Shown here: piece by piece, positions 29,126 through 39,474 of the stretch | How the letters are laid out: each line of letters opens with the position of its first letter | How positions within the stretch are numbered: position 1 is the stretch's first letter | NCBI GenBank assembly: GCA_039586795.1 | Contig: JBDHJS010000002.1 | Span: forward strand, 96,001-160,000 | From: Gemmatimonadota bacterium | GTDB taxonomy: Bacteria > Gemmatimonadota > Gemmatimonadetes > Palauibacterales > KS3-K002 | Direction of reading: 5' to 3' | DNA length: 64,000 nt | Notes under the pieces: model-generated | What the model was told of the DNA's origin: nothing | The model's input: the letters and a program-made list of their open reading frames with translations, nothing else | Database searches by the model: none | Translations under genes and position numbers: made by a program

Positions 29126-31804
29126 ATGGCAGCCAAGCTTGGCAGAATGGCGCTTTTCACGGCGCTGTTCCTGTCCGCGGTGGGCATCGCCCCTGCCCTG
29201 GCGGACCCTGAAGGGAAAGACTCGAAGAAGAAAGCCGAACCACCGCCCTATCGGGCTCTCGCGTCGCGAGCGACGCCGGGGACCCCCGAGATCGATGGGC
29301 TTCTGGACGACGCGGCCTGGGCTTTGGCGGAACCGATCAGCGGTTTCGTCCAGCGCGACCCGGACGAGGGTGAGCCGGCAACGGAGCGCACCGAAGTCCG
29401 CGTGCTGTACGATGACGGCGCACTCTACGTCGGCATTCGGGCCTACGACAGCGAGCCCGACAAGATCATCGGGCAGCTGACCCGCCGCGACGCGTACTCT
29501 CCGTCGGATTGGCTCGTCGTCAGCATCGACTCCTATCTGGACCGTCGCACGGCGTTCGAGTTTCGCGTGAACCCGGCGGGTGTCGAGCGGGATTCGTATC
29601 TGTACGACGACACCAACCGGGACGATTCGTGGAACGCCGTTTGGGACGTGGCGACGTCGAAGGACGCGGAGGGTTGGATAGCGGAGTTTCGGATTCCGCT
29701 GACGCAGCTCAGGTTCTCCGACGCGCCGCAGCAGGTCTGGGGCTTCAACGTCCAGCGTGTCATCCAGCGGAAGAACGAGATCGACTTCTGGAAGCCGATC
29801 GCGAAGGACGCGCCCGGCTGGGTGAGCGAGTATGGTGATCTGGCAGGCTTGGACGGAATTCAGCCGAAGCGACGCCTAGAAGTCCTGCCCTACGTGTTGG
29901 CTCAGCAGGCCTTCACGCCCGCCGTTCAGGGCAATCCGTTCCAGGATGGCACCGAATGGTTCGGGAACGCCGGTGCCGATGTCCGCTATGGGCTGAACAA
30001 CAGCCTGACGTTGAACGTGACGCTGAACCCGGACTTTGGCCAGGTGGAAGCGGATCCGTCGGTGGTGAACCTATCGGCGTTCGAGACCTTCTTTGCCGAA
30101 CGGCGTCCATTCTTCCTGGAAGGCCAGAACATCTTTGATTTTCGGCTGAGCAACTTTAGCGGTGCCGAGCAGCTCTTCTACTCGCGGCGTATCGGTCGCG
30201 CTCCTCAGGGGTTCGCGGATCCGCGTGGCGGGTTCGTGAAGATGCCGCTCAACACGACGATCATTGGTGCGGCGAAGCTGACCGGGAAATCGGCCGACGG
30301 TTGGTCGATCGGCGTTCTCGACGCGGTGACGGCGGAGGAGAAGGCGACGGTCATCGCGGACGATGGTTCCAGATACCGCGATCCGGTGGAGCCGCTGTCG
30401 AACTATTTCGTAGGCCGCGTTTCGAAGGATTTCCGCGAAGGACAGTCGGCCGTTGGCTCGATCTTCACGGCGACGAATCGGAGCCTGCCGAACGAACTAA
30501 GGCACTTGCGTACGGCTGCTTATTCAGGCGGCGTCGATGCACGCACGCGGTTTTGGAATGGCAACTGGGAGGTCAGCGGACAGTTGCTCGGCTCGCGGAT
30601 CCAAGGCTCGCGGGCGGCGATCGAGATCGCTCAGCTGAGCCCGGCCCGCTACTTCCGGAGACCGGACGCGGACCACCTGACGTTCGATCCCAACCGCACG
30701 AATATGATGGGAACCAGCGGTGCGTTCTCGTTCGCGAAGATCGGCGGCGGCCATTGGCGGGGCGAAGTGACGGGTGAGTGGGTGTCGCCGGGCTTCGAGA
30801 CGAACGACCTGGGCTTCCAGCGGCGGGCCGATGTGATGCGAGGCTCGGCATGGATCCAGTACCGCGAATTCACGCCGGGCAAGATCTTCCGACGTTACTC
30901 GCTCAACACAAACTTCTGGAACATGCAGACGTTCGGCGGCGAGCGGACGGCGACGGGGACGAACGTCAACGGAAACTTCACGCTGCTCAACTACTGGGGC
31001 GGCTGGGGTGGATTCAACTACGAGTTCCCGGCGTTGAACATCCTGGTTCTGCGTGGCGGCCCGGCGATGAAAGCGCCATCGGGCTACAATGCATGGGGTG
31101 GCTTCTTCACTGACAATCGTAAGAGCCTGGTTGCAGAATTCGGCGGTTGGTTCTGGACAGATCCGGAGCGTTCCCAGGCGGCCGGCGTGTCCGTGAACTT
31201 CAGCTACCGTCCGACTTCAAACATTCGCCTCGCGCTGGGTCCGTCGTATAACAGGATGCACGATGACTGGCAGTGGGTGACGAATCAGGATCTCGATGGC
31301 ACGATGCGCTACTTCACGGGCGTGCTCGACCAGAACACTTTCTCGGTGACGACGCGTCTCGATGTGACGTTCACGCCGAATCTAAGCCTGCAGCTGTACG
31401 CGCAGCCCTTTGTGTCTTCTGGAGAGTACACGGCGTTCAGCGAGGTCGTGCAGCCTAAAGCGGACGTGTACGATGACCGCTTCGATCCGTTGGAGGAAGA
31501 TCGACTGAGTTACGAGCCGGGCAGCGGCGGCGACCCGGGGACGTACCATGTGGACCTCGATCGGAACGGCGAGACCGACTTCTCGTTCTCCGATCCCAAC
31601 TTCAACTTCAAGCAGTTGCGGTCCACTGTGGTGTTGCGCTGGGAGTACATGCCGGGCTCGACGTTCTTCTTTGTCTGGTCGCAGGCGCGGACAGCGTTCG
31701 ACTTCGACGGCAGCTTCAATCCGAGTCAGGACTTTCGCAGGCTGTTCGGAGCGGAAGGCGACAACATCTTCAGCATCAAGGTGAACTACTACATAACTCC
31801 CTGA
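29126..31804 (+). CDS. CBM9-like domain + DUF5916 outer-membrane protein
   Basis: Signal peptide, IDGLLDD..W, W.AEFRIP, NPDFGQVEAD, ERRPFFLEG, LFYSRRIG. Confidence 0.85.
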   Translation: MAAKLGRMALFTALFLSAVGIAPALADPEGKDSKKKAEPPPYRALASRATPGTPEIDGLLDDAAWALAEPISGFVQRDPDEGEPATERTEVRVLYDDGALYVGIRAYDSEPDKIIGQLTRRDAYSPSDWLVVSIDSYLDRRTAFEFRVNPAGVERDSYLYDDTNRDDSWNAVWDVATSKDAEGWIAEFRIPLTQLRFSDAPQQVWGFNVQRVIQRKNEIDFWKPIAKDAPGWVSEYGDLAGLDGIQPKRRLEVLPYVLAQQAFTPAVQGNPFQDGTEWFGNAGADVRYGLNNSLTLNVTLNPDFGQVEADPSVVNLSAFETFFAERRPFFLEGQNIFDFRLSNFSGAEQLFYSRRIGRAPQGFADPRGGFVKMPLNTTIIGAAKLTGKSADGWSIGVLDAVTAEEKATVIADDGSRYRDPVEPLSNYFVGRVSKDFREGQSAVGSIFTATNRSLPNELRHLRTAAYSGGVDARTRFWNGNWEVSGQLLGSRIQGSRAAIEIAQLSPARYFRRPDADHLTFDPNRTNMMGTSGAFSFAKIGGGHWRGEVTGEWVSPGFETNDLGFQRRADVMRGSAWIQYREFTPGKIFRRYSLNTNFWNMQTFGGERTATGTNVNGNFTLLNYWGGWGGFNYEFPALNILVLRGGPAMKAPSGYNAWGGFFTDNRKSLVAEFGGWFWTDPERSQAAGVSVNFSYRPTSNIRLALGPSYNRMHDDWQWVTNQDLDGTMRYFTGVLDQNTFSVTTRLDVTFTPNLSLQLYAQPFVSSGEYTAFSEVVQPKADVYDDRFDPLEEDRLSYEPGSGGDPGTYHVDLDRNGETDFSFSDPNFNFKQLRSTVVLRWEYMPGSTFFFVWSQARTAFDFDGSFNPSQDFRRLFGAEGDNIFSIKVNYYITP

Positions 31805-31837
31805 GTGTTGGTGCCCGCTCCTCCGGGTACAGGGAAG

Positions 31838-31873
31838 AATGAGCGCCGTGGCACTCGAGTCGCGGCGCTCATT
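31838..31873. terminator. GC-rich hairpin after the DUF5916 gene
   Basis: AATGAGCGCCGTGGC / GTCGCGGCGCTCATT stem; no clear U tract. Confidence 0.45.
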
Positions 31874-31979
31874 GCATCGGCCTTCTACCTCTCCTTAAGA
31901 TCGAGCATCAAATCGGGAGCGTGCGATGACAGTCGGGCGTCATACTCCCGAGTTCCATCTCGGCGACTACGGAGGGGAT

Positions 31980-32717
31980 ATGCGGTTTGAAGGAAAAGTT
32001 GCGTTGGTGACCGGAGCATCGAGTGGCATAGGCAGAGCTTGCGCGATGCAGTTCCGGGATGAAGGCGCTTCGGTTTTCGCGGTGGCCCGCCGTGAGGAAC
32101 GGATGCAGGGAACGTTCAAGGAGTATGCGGTCTGTGACGTGCGGCAGGATGACCAGGTGCGCGCTGTTGTCGAGGCATGCGTCGACACGTTCGATCGGAT
32201 CGACTACCTGATAAACGCTGCTGGCGTGATAGGCACCGGCGGTGTTCTTGATACGCCACCGGAAGAATGGAAGAGGTTATACGAGTCGAATGTGGACAGT
32301 CTCTACTACGTGACCCGACATGCCGCGCCGCACATGATCGAAAACGGTGGAGCGATCGTGAACGTTTCGTCTGTCACCAGTTTGCGGCCGTACGGAAACT
32401 TGCTCGGCTACTGCTCGTCAAAGGCGGCGGTGGACATGTTCACGCAGTGCGTGGCACTGGAGCTGGCTCCGCACAACGTGCGAGTGAACGCGGTGAACCC
32501 GGGGGTGGTGGTTACCGAGCTACACACGGTGTCGAGTGCGGTGCCGGATTACGATGCGTTTCTGGAGCACTCGAAGACGACGCATCCGTTGGGGCGCGTG
32601 GGGCGCGCGGAAGAGATTGCGGCGTTGTGTGGGTTTCTGTGTTCGGATGAGGCGGGGTGGATTACGGGTGGGGTTTATTCGATTGATGGGGGGCGGCAGC
32701 TTTTATCGGCGCGGTAG
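31980..32717 (+). CDS. Short-chain dehydrogenase/reductase
   Basis: TGASSGIG, INAAG, NVSS, YCSSK, VNPG; RBS GGAGG. Confidence 0.92.
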   Translation: MRFEGKVALVTGASSGIGRACAMQFRDEGASVFAVARREERMQGTFKEYAVCDVRQDDQVRAVVEACVDTFDRIDYLINAAGVIGTGGVLDTPPEEWKRLYESNVDSLYYVTRHAAPHMIENGGAIVNVSSVTSLRPYGNLLGYCSSKAAVDMFTQCVALELAPHNVRVNAVNPGVVVTELHTVSSAVPDYDAFLEHSKTTHPLGRVGRAEEIAALCGFLCSDEAGWITGGVYSIDGGRQLLSAR

Positions 32718-32723
32718 GTTCAC

Positions 32724-33602
32724 CTAACCAACATGAACGGCGATTTCCCCGGCGACACGCGCATTGTTCTCCAATAACGCCGCGTTAGCTGCCAAAGATC
32801 GTCCGTCCGTATAATCCACAACCTGCTCCAACAAGAACGGTGTCACCAGAGCTCCTTCAATTCCTTGCGCGCGTGCTGCGGCCAGGGCGCGAGCGACGGC
32901 AGCTTCGCTTTCTTCTCGGGTGAGCGCGGTTTCGGCGGGTGGCGGTACGCAGACCAGGATGGCGCCGGGCACGCCCATCGCTCGCGCGGCGCGCCAGAGC
33001 TCGGCCACCTCTTCGGCGCTTTGCACTGTCAGGTCGATGGGAAGGCCGCTTTCTGCCGACCAGAAAGCCGGGAACTCGTTCGTTTGGTAGCCGACAACGG
33101 TGACGCCCTGGGTCTCGAGCTGCTCGACGGTGGCCGGAATATCGAGGATCGCTTTGGCGCCGGAGCAGATCAGCACCAGAGGTGTTCTGGCCAGCTCGAG
33201 AAGGTCGGCCGAGATGTCGGGTGGTCCGAGGGTCACGTGGACGCCGCCGATCCCCCCGGTAACGGCTACGGTTAGGCCGGCGCGATAGGCCAGATGAAGA
33301 GTGGCGGCTACGGTCGTTCCTCCGCTGGCGCTGCCGGTGAGGGCGCCGGCCAGGTCGCGTGTGCTGAGTTTTCGTTCACAGCCTGCTATCCGCTGCAGCG
33401 CGTTGGGCTCGAGGCCGACGATCGGCTGGCCGTCGAGGACGCCGATGAACGCCGGGTTGGCTCCGGTCGCATAGACGGCGTTCGACATCCGCGTGGCCAC
33501 ATCGAGTGCCTGGGGTGCTGGGAGCCCGGTGGTAAGAAACGCCGTCTCCAGCGCTACGGCTGGAGACGACGCAGAGAGTACTAACGGGTCGACGGCGCTC
33601 AA
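32724..33602 (-). CDS. psuG: Pseudouridine-5'-phosphate glycosidase
   Basis: VALET, GTTVAAT, TGGIGGVH, DISADL, GAKAILD, VTPFLL, NNA. Confidence 0.85.
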   Translation of the reverse strand: MSAVDPLVLSASSPAVALETAFLTTGLPAPQALDVATRMSNAVYATGANPAFIGVLDGQPIVGLEPNALQRIAGCERKLSTRDLAGALTGSASGGTTVAATLHLAYRAGLTVAVTGGIGGVHVTLGPPDISADLLELARTPLVLICSGAKAILDIPATVEQLETQGVTVVGYQTNEFPAFWSAESGLPIDLTVQSAEEVAELWRAARAMGVPGAILVCVPPPAETALTREESEAAVARALAAARAQGIEGALVTPFLLEQVVDYTDGRSLAANAALLENNARVAGEIAVHVG

Positions 33603-36194
33603 CTAGAACCGCGTTCGCTCCGGCTGGCCGGAGCTGCCGAAGTAGATGGCGTTGAACAAGAGCTTGAACGTCTCGTGCGGCTGACCGCGATGCTGCGGGC
33701 GGAAGCCGAACAGGATGACTCGTCCATTACCGGACCGCGCTTCCAAGAGTACGGACTTTCCGGTCAAGAAATCGGGCTGCAGGACGTAGCCACTCAAGAG
33801 TGGGTTCGCCTCTGTGTAGGAAGCGATGACGCTGACATCGTCGTTCTCCTCGGCCTGGAACACAGGGCTGTTCGAGTAGTAGATCGATGTCGTCGCGGGC
33901 ATGCCGTAGCCGACCGGGTGTTCGGTATCGACGTTGACGCTGAAGATGGAACCGGGCGCGTAGAACGCTTCGCCAGAGCGCTGGTCCTGGGAAGATGGGC
34001 GCACCTCGTCGATGGGCAGATCGAGGAGATCGATAGCGAACTCGCAGGAAGAATCGAGGCAGACCAAGGTTCCACCGTTTCGGACGAATTCGCGGATCGC
34101 CGAGCTTCCCTCATCGCCCAGGCCGCCGGCATACTCGCCGGGGACGGTACCGGGCCTCCGCCCTTCGAGGATGGAGCCTGCGGAAAGATCGGGGATGACG
34201 ATCACGTCGTAGCGTTGGCCGAGGTTGCCGACCCGGATCTCCGCGTCGTGAAGCGATTGGTACGGCAGCCCCCAGGAGTCGAAGACCCAGCGGGTCCACC
34301 CTTCATCCATCGATGCCGTCCAGGGTTGGTAGAGTCCAACGCGTAGCGATTCCATCGCCCTCGCGGTGGACGCGCCGGAGAAGGTGACCGCCGAGAGTCC
34401 CTGTGCTGCGGCCAATTCCTCCAGGACGGTTCTGGCGCCGCCGCCGGTGACTACAACGCTGCCGACTGGCCAGGTCTGGCCGCCGGATTCGACCGGCTCC
34501 GATAGAAACGCAGCGGAGCCGCCGCTGTCCATGATCCGGTTCACGGCCAGGTTGGCGGCATTCGTCACGTTGTCGAGGATGAAGGCGGGGCCCGTTCCGC
34601 TCACCGAGCCAGCCGGCGGTTGGATGGGCGCCGTGATCTCAGTGAGGTCAGCCTCGAAGGAAGCGCTGGCCTGCACGACGTCGACGCCCATCTGGAGCGG
34701 TAGGGTCCAACCGGCGGCGTCGTACGGCGTGATAGGCGGACCTCCGGGAAATTGACGACGATCGGGGTAGACCTGACGTTCCAGGAGATCTTTCACGTGA
34801 GCGCGGTAGGGCTGCGCCAACAAGATGACGTAGCTCCCGGCGGCGTACTCTAGGCCGTCGGCCGTGAAGGGCGATGTCGCCTGGTGAATATCGACGCCGC
34901 CGCGCTGAACGGTGGTAAGCATCGCCGCGGTGCTGGACGGATCCCGCTGATCGGCCGGGACGATGAAAGCATAAGGCGGGTCGTTTGTGCCGGCCTCGAT
35001 GGCGCGGCGTCCGAGCTCAACGTAGTTGCGGATCAGCTTCTCGCGCTGACCCGCCGCCAGGCCAATCACGGCGTTGGCGGCGATGAGCTGATAGTCGATG
35101 ATATCGCGGATCCGCCACCAGCCGCCGGGCCACGGGTTTGGGAAGTTGACCCCGCGGTCGGGCTGTCTGATCGACTGGCCGGGCTCTAGGAAGATGGGCG
35201 ACGCGATGCGTGCGCTGGCCGCTTCCGAGAGAATACCAACCATGTTGTGCCGTGCCGGCACCGTTCGCAAACCGCCATGCCACCAGAGGTCGAAGCGCAT
35301 CCGGTTCGCCACGCCCGACTTGCCGGCGGCTTCCAGATCGGTGGAGATCTGCAGCCCGAACAGCGAAATCGTTCGGACGAGCAGCGCGTCGAGATTGGGG
35401 TTCAGCGGGTCGCCGAACGGCGGAACGAAGAAACGCGCGCCGCTGCTACCCATCTGGTGAACGTCATAGACCACCTCGGGGAACCAACGGTCGTACAGCA
35501 GGTCGTTGAGCATCTGCGATTCGACCTGGGTGAGCATGAAGAAGTCGCGATTGTTGTCGTGGCCGACGTAGTAGTGGTAGAGCCACGGCATGCGGCTGCC
35601 TTCGTAGGGCGTACCCAGAGTGAGCTGGTACCAGTCGGTCACCATCTGCTGACCGTCGGGGTTCATCGACGGAATAAAGAGGACGACGGCGTCTTCCAGT
35701 GCCGCAGTCAAGTCCGGGTCGGTAGCCAGATTGTATGCGAGCTCCATTCCGCCCTGACTCGAGGCGATCTCGGTCGAGTGGATGTTGTGGGCGATGAGTA
35801 CGACGGCCGGCTGAGATGCGACGATCGACTCCAGCTCACCCGGGGCGAGCCTTCGCGGATCGGCCAACTTGGCCTGGTTCTCCCGGATCTGCTCCAGGCG
35901 GGCCATGTTGGCCGGCGAAGTGGCGGTGATCAGCACGAAAGGACGACCCTGAGTGCTCCGGCCCAGTGTGTCCATCCGAATCCCGGGCGACGCGGCGGCG
36001 AGCTGTGTGAGGTAGCCCGTGATGGATTCCCAGCCAGCCAGCCTGAAGTCAGCGCCTACCGGGTGACCCAGATAATCTGCAGGAGTCGGTACGGAGGCGA
36101 CCTCTGGGGCGGTGGAAGTCTGGCCGGTCAGCGGGCCGGCGGTGATCGCCAGAAGGGCGGCCAGGGCGAACGTCAGGTGACGAGTCTTGGTCAT
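33603..36194 (-). CDS. Secreted M14 zinc carboxypeptidase family protein
   Basis: Signal peptide; IHSTE, PSMNPDG, DNNRD, DVHQMG; C-terminal glutamine-amidotransferase-like region. Confidence 0.88.
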   Translation of the reverse strand: MTKTRHLTFALAALLAITAGPLTGQTSTAPEVASVPTPADYLGHPVGADFRLAGWESITGYLTQLAAASPGIRMDTLGRSTQGRPFVLITATSPANMARLEQIRENQAKLADPRRLAPGELESIVASQPAVVLIAHNIHSTEIASSQGGMELAYNLATDPDLTAALEDAVVLFIPSMNPDGQQMVTDWYQLTLGTPYEGSRMPWLYHYYVGHDNNRDFFMLTQVESQMLNDLLYDRWFPEVVYDVHQMGSSGARFFVPPFGDPLNPNLDALLVRTISLFGLQISTDLEAAGKSGVANRMRFDLWWHGGLRTVPARHNMVGILSEAASARIASPIFLEPGQSIRQPDRGVNFPNPWPGGWWRIRDIIDYQLIAANAVIGLAAGQREKLIRNYVELGRRAIEAGTNDPPYAFIVPADQRDPSSTAAMLTTVQRGGVDIHQATSPFTADGLEYAAGSYVILLAQPYRAHVKDLLERQVYPDRRQFPGGPPITPYDAAGWTLPLQMGVDVVQASASFEADLTEITAPIQPPAGSVSGTGPAFILDNVTNAANLAVNRIMDSGGSAAFLSEPVESGGQTWPVGSVVVTGGGARTVLEELAAAQGLSAVTFSGASTARAMESLRVGLYQPWTASMDEGWTRWVFDSWGLPYQSLHDAEIRVGNLGQRYDVIVIPDLSAGSILEGRRPGTVPGEYAGGLGDEGSSAIREFVRNGGTLVCLDSSCEFAIDLLDLPIDEVRPSSQDQRSGEAFYAPGSIFSVNVDTEHPVGYGMPATTSIYYSNSPVFQAEENDDVSVIASYTEANPLLSGYVLQPDFLTGKSVLLEARSGNGRVILFGFRPQHRGQPHETFKLLFNAIYFGSSGQPERTRF

Positions 36195-36302
36195 TGGTCA
36201 ATCCGTTGGTAGTTGTGGGGGATCGCGAGCGAAAGGTTACTCAGCGGGGCGGACTGAGCAAGGTCAGTGACGGTGTCCTGAGGATTCGTGGCCCATAGAG
36301 AC

Positions 36303-36329
36303 AAAAAAAGGGCGCCGCATGGCGCCCTT
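36303..36329 (-). terminator. Intrinsic terminator of the sigma factor gene
   Basis: Minus strand GGGCGCC-ATGC-GGCGCCC-TTTTTTT. Confidence 0.85.
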
Positions 36330-36351
36330 CTCGATTCGGTTCCACTTGAAC

Positions 36352-37278
36352 TCAGGCGGCCGCGAAGCTGGCCAGCGCCGAGCCCTTGTCGCCCTCGCGA
36401 AGCTCCTTCAGCGCACGGTCGCGCAGCTGCCGCACGCGCTCTCGCGTGATGCCGAGCTGCTGACCGATCTCCTCGAGGGTGTGCTCGCGGCCGTCACCCA
36501 GCCCGTAGTAGAGCCGTAGCACGAGCGCATCCCGCTCGCGAAGCGTCGAAAGCGCCTCGTCGATCTGCTCCTGAAGCAGTCGCTCCTCGACCTCGGTGTG
36601 AGCGGAAGTCGCCTCTTCCGTCACGAAGCGCTCGACCAGACTGGAGTCCTCGCTGTCGCCAATCGGCGCGTCCAGGCGGACCTCGCCGGCGTTCAGCGCC
36701 TCGAGCATCTCCACCGTCGCCGGGTTCATCTCCAGCCGCCGGGCGATCTCCTCGCTCGTCGGCTCCCGGTCCAGATCCACCTTCAGCGACTGGCGCATCT
36801 TGAGGATCTTCGACAGTTCCGCGGCCCGGTTGAGCGGCACACGGACAGAGCGCCCGTGATGAGCCAGGGCCGACAGAATCGCCTGCCGGATCCACCACAC
36901 GGCGTAGCTGATGAACTTCACGCCCTGATCGGGATCGAACTTAATGGCCGCCGTGACCAGGCCCAGATTCCCTTGCTGGATCAGGTCGCTGAGCGGCAAG
37001 CCCCGGCCCTGGTACTTCTTCGCGACCGAGATCACGAAACGGAGATTTGCCTTACAGAGGGCCTGGATCGCGTCCACATCGCCCTTCTGTGCCTTGCGGG
37101 CCAGACGGATCTCCTCGTCCGGTGTGATCAGCTCGTGCTGACTGACGTCCTGGAGATATTGATCGAGGGCCGAGTCATCCCCCGCCACCCGGCTCTTCAA
37201 CGCCTGGCTGGCAATCCGCTTTGCCTTTCCAGCCTGTCGACCCATTAGTGTTTCTCTTGTTACAGTTCCATTACCCAC
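36352..37278 (-). CDS. Sigma-70 family factor (RpoD/SigA-like, lacking region 1.1)
   Basis: LDQYL, ANLRFVISVAKKY, KFISYAVWWIRQ, TLEEIG..ITRERVRQ; AGGAG before GTG 37278. Confidence 0.92.
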   Translation of the reverse strand: MGNGTVTRETLMGRQAGKAKRIASQALKSRVAGDDSALDQYLQDVSQHELITPDEEIRLARKAQKGDVDAIQALCKANLRFVISVAKKYQGRGLPLSDLIQQGNLGLVTAAIKFDPDQGVKFISYAVWWIRQAILSALAHHGRSVRVPLNRAAELSKILKMRQSLKVDLDREPTSEEIARRLEMNPATVEMLEALNAGEVRLDAPIGDSEDSSLVERFVTEEATSAHTEVEERLLQEQIDEALSTLRERDALVLRLYYGLGDGREHTLEEIGQQLGITRERVRQLRDRALKELREGDKGSALASFAAA

Positions 37279-37483
37279 TGTCTAATCTCCTGCGCCCAAC
37301 CGATTACCCCACAAACCCAGATCGGGTTCCCGGCGGCTTCGCAACGGCTTGAGTGCGCCGCACGGGCGTTGCCGGCAGCTAGTTAGAGACTCGAACGACC
37401 TGAAACGTTAAAAGGTGATTCCGGTAGGGCGGGCAGCCATGGAATATAGGGGCTGACCGCCGTCTGTCAAGAAGCAGCGGTCG

Positions 37484-38518
37484 TCAGGTCCAGCGAAAAA
37501 TCTTCAATGCTGTCAGAAAACTCACAAATCCCCAGGCCGCGACGATGGCCAGGGCGTCGAGATTCGTCGACAGCGAAGCGCCGTCGATCATGACGGAGCG
37601 TAGCGCGTCGTTGAGCTGGGTGAGGGGGAGGGCCTTGATGAAAGGCTGCATGGCGAGGGGGAAATTGGCGTAGGAGAAGAAGACTCCGGAGAAGATCCAC
37701 ATGGGGAACTGGATGAAGTTCATGATCCCGGAGACGCCTTCTACAGTCTGGGCACGGCTGGCGGAGAGGAGGCCGATACCGGCGAACGCGAGGGCTCCGA
37801 CGACGGCTATAACGAGCAGGTCGAGGATAGAGCCGTGGACGCGGACGTCGAAGACGATCCAGCCAAAGCTGATGAGCGCGGCCAGCTCGCCGACCATGAA
37901 AGTCAGGCGCGAGAACATGAAGGAGAGCAGGAAGTCGCTCTTTCGCATGGGCGTGGCGAGGAAGCGCTTGAGGAGCCGCTTTCGGCGGAACTGAACGATG
38001 GTGAAGCCGATCCCCCACATGCCGGAGCCCATGAGGTTGAGGCCCAAAAGACCGGGTATGAGGAAGTCGATATAGCGAGAGCCGGGCTCGGTCAGGTGAC
38101 GCTCTTCGGCGGGCCGCACGTCGGCGCGACCGGCGGCTCTCTGAAGCGCGTCGTCGACCAGCAAGCGGGCCATGCGGCTCTCGTTTCTGGCGGGATCGAA
38201 CAGATATGCGACGGTGTCGCCCGGGATGACGACGAGGGCGACCCTGCCGGTCCTCAGTTGATTCTGCGCCTCCTCGGGGCCGAGCAGCGAGGCGCGGAGC
38301 TCGGGTGTAGCCTCGAGAGCCTGGACCAGAGCGGGCGCGCCCGGCCCGTCCTGTACAGCGACGTGTAGCGACTCGGCGGGCCGGTTTCGGAAGGCGATGC
38401 CGAGGCCCAGTGCGAGGAGCACCGGAAACACGAAGACCCAAAAGATGGCTTCCGGCTCGCGCAGGAACTCGAGGAGCCGAGCGCGGGAGAGCTCGCGGAG
38501 CGGGCTTAAGCTAGCCAT
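37484..38518 (-). CDS. ABC-2 type exporter permease
   Basis: RYIDFLIPG, LKRFLATPM, FSGVFF, LPLT; multiple TM helices. Confidence 0.9.
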   Translation of the reverse strand: MASLSPLRELSRARLLEFLREPEAIFWVFVFPVLLALGLGIAFRNRPAESLHVAVQDGPGAPALVQALEATPELRASLLGPEEAQNQLRTGRVALVVIPGDTVAYLFDPARNESRMARLLVDDALQRAAGRADVRPAEERHLTEPGSRYIDFLIPGLLGLNLMGSGMWGIGFTIVQFRRKRLLKRFLATPMRKSDFLLSFMFSRLTFMVGELAALISFGWIVFDVRVHGSILDLLVIAVVGALAFAGIGLLSASRAQTVEGVSGIMNFIQFPMWIFSGVFFSYANFPLAMQPFIKALPLTQLNDALRSVMIDGASLSTNLDALAIVAAWGFVSFLTALKIFRWT

Positions 38519-39449
38519 CTCTGAGGTGTCTGCCGGTGAGGGCGACGAAGACGTCTTCCAGGCTGGCGTGATGGGTGGTCAATCGCGCGAGCTCCAGATC
38601 CTGCTTCTTGAGGGCGGAGAGGAGAGCTGGAACGGCGCGGTGGACCTGCTTCACGGTCAGGAAGATGCCCTCGCGCTCACGGCGCACGTCCTGAACGCCG
38701 GGGACCTGGCGCAGCCAATCGTCGGACGCTTGGTGGTCGTTCTCGAGGGCGAACTCGACGACGTGCTCGGCCCCGAGGGCGGCGATCAGCTCGGCGGGCG
38801 TGCCGAGAGCGATGATCTTGCCGTGATCGACGATGGCCACCCTGTCGCATAAGCGGTGCGCCTCTTCCATGTAATGGGTCGTGAGCAGGACGGTGCGGCC
38901 CGCCGCTTTGTAGTCGAAGATGAGATCCCAGAGCTGGCGTCGTGATTGCGGATCGAGTCCTGTGGTCGGCTCGTCGAGGAACAAGAGGTCAGGCTCGTTG
39001 ACCAGAGCGCAGGCCACGGCCAGTCGCTGCTGCTGGCCGCCGGAGAGGCGGGAGACCCATGCCGACCGCTTTTCCTCCAGCTCTACGATCTGCATCACCC
39101 GCTCCGGCGTGTAGCCCCGATTGTAGAAGCTGCGGAACAGTCGGAGGGTCTCCTCGACGGTGAGCTTCTCGGCCAGCTGGGTCTCCTGGAGCTGGATGCC
39201 GAGATGCTGCCTCAGCGCCCGGTCGTCGTCGCCCCATTTCATGCCGAGGATCTCGAGTTCGCCGGCGTCGGGCTTGAGCAGCCCTTCGAGCATCTCGACC
39301 GTGGTGGTCTTGCCGGCGCCGTTAGGACCCAGGAGCCCGAAGCATTCGCCGACGTAGACCTCGAGATCGAGCCCGTCGACGGCCAGCACATCGCCGTAGC
39401 TCTTCGTCAGTCCACTGCAGCGAACGGCGACTTCAGGCTCTGAACTCAC
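38511..39449 (-). CDS. ABC exporter ATP-binding protein
   Basis: GPNGAGKT, LSGGQ, LFLDEPT, TTHYMEE. Confidence 0.95.
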   Translation of the reverse strand: MSSEPEVAVRCSGLTKSYGDVLAVDGLDLEVYVGECFGLLGPNGAGKTTTVEMLEGLLKPDAGELEILGMKWGDDDRALRQHLGIQLQETQLAEKLTVEETLRLFRSFYNRGYTPERVMQIVELEEKRSAWVSRLSGGQQQRLAVACALVNEPDLLFLDEPTTGLDPQSRRQLWDLIFDYKAAGRTVLLTTHYMEEAHRLCDRVAIVDHGKIIALGTPAELIAALGAEHVVEFALENDHQASDDWLRQVPGVQDVRREREGIFLTVKQVHRAVPALLSALKKQDLELARLTTHHASLEDVFVALTGRHLRDG

Positions 39450-39474
39450 TATCCTCTCCGCTGTTCTTCGGGTA

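Noticed and set aside
37279..37483. Structured ncRNA upstream of the sigma factor
   Set aside because: Some GC pairing is possible but I recognise no RNA family; an Infernal/Rfam scan would be needed.
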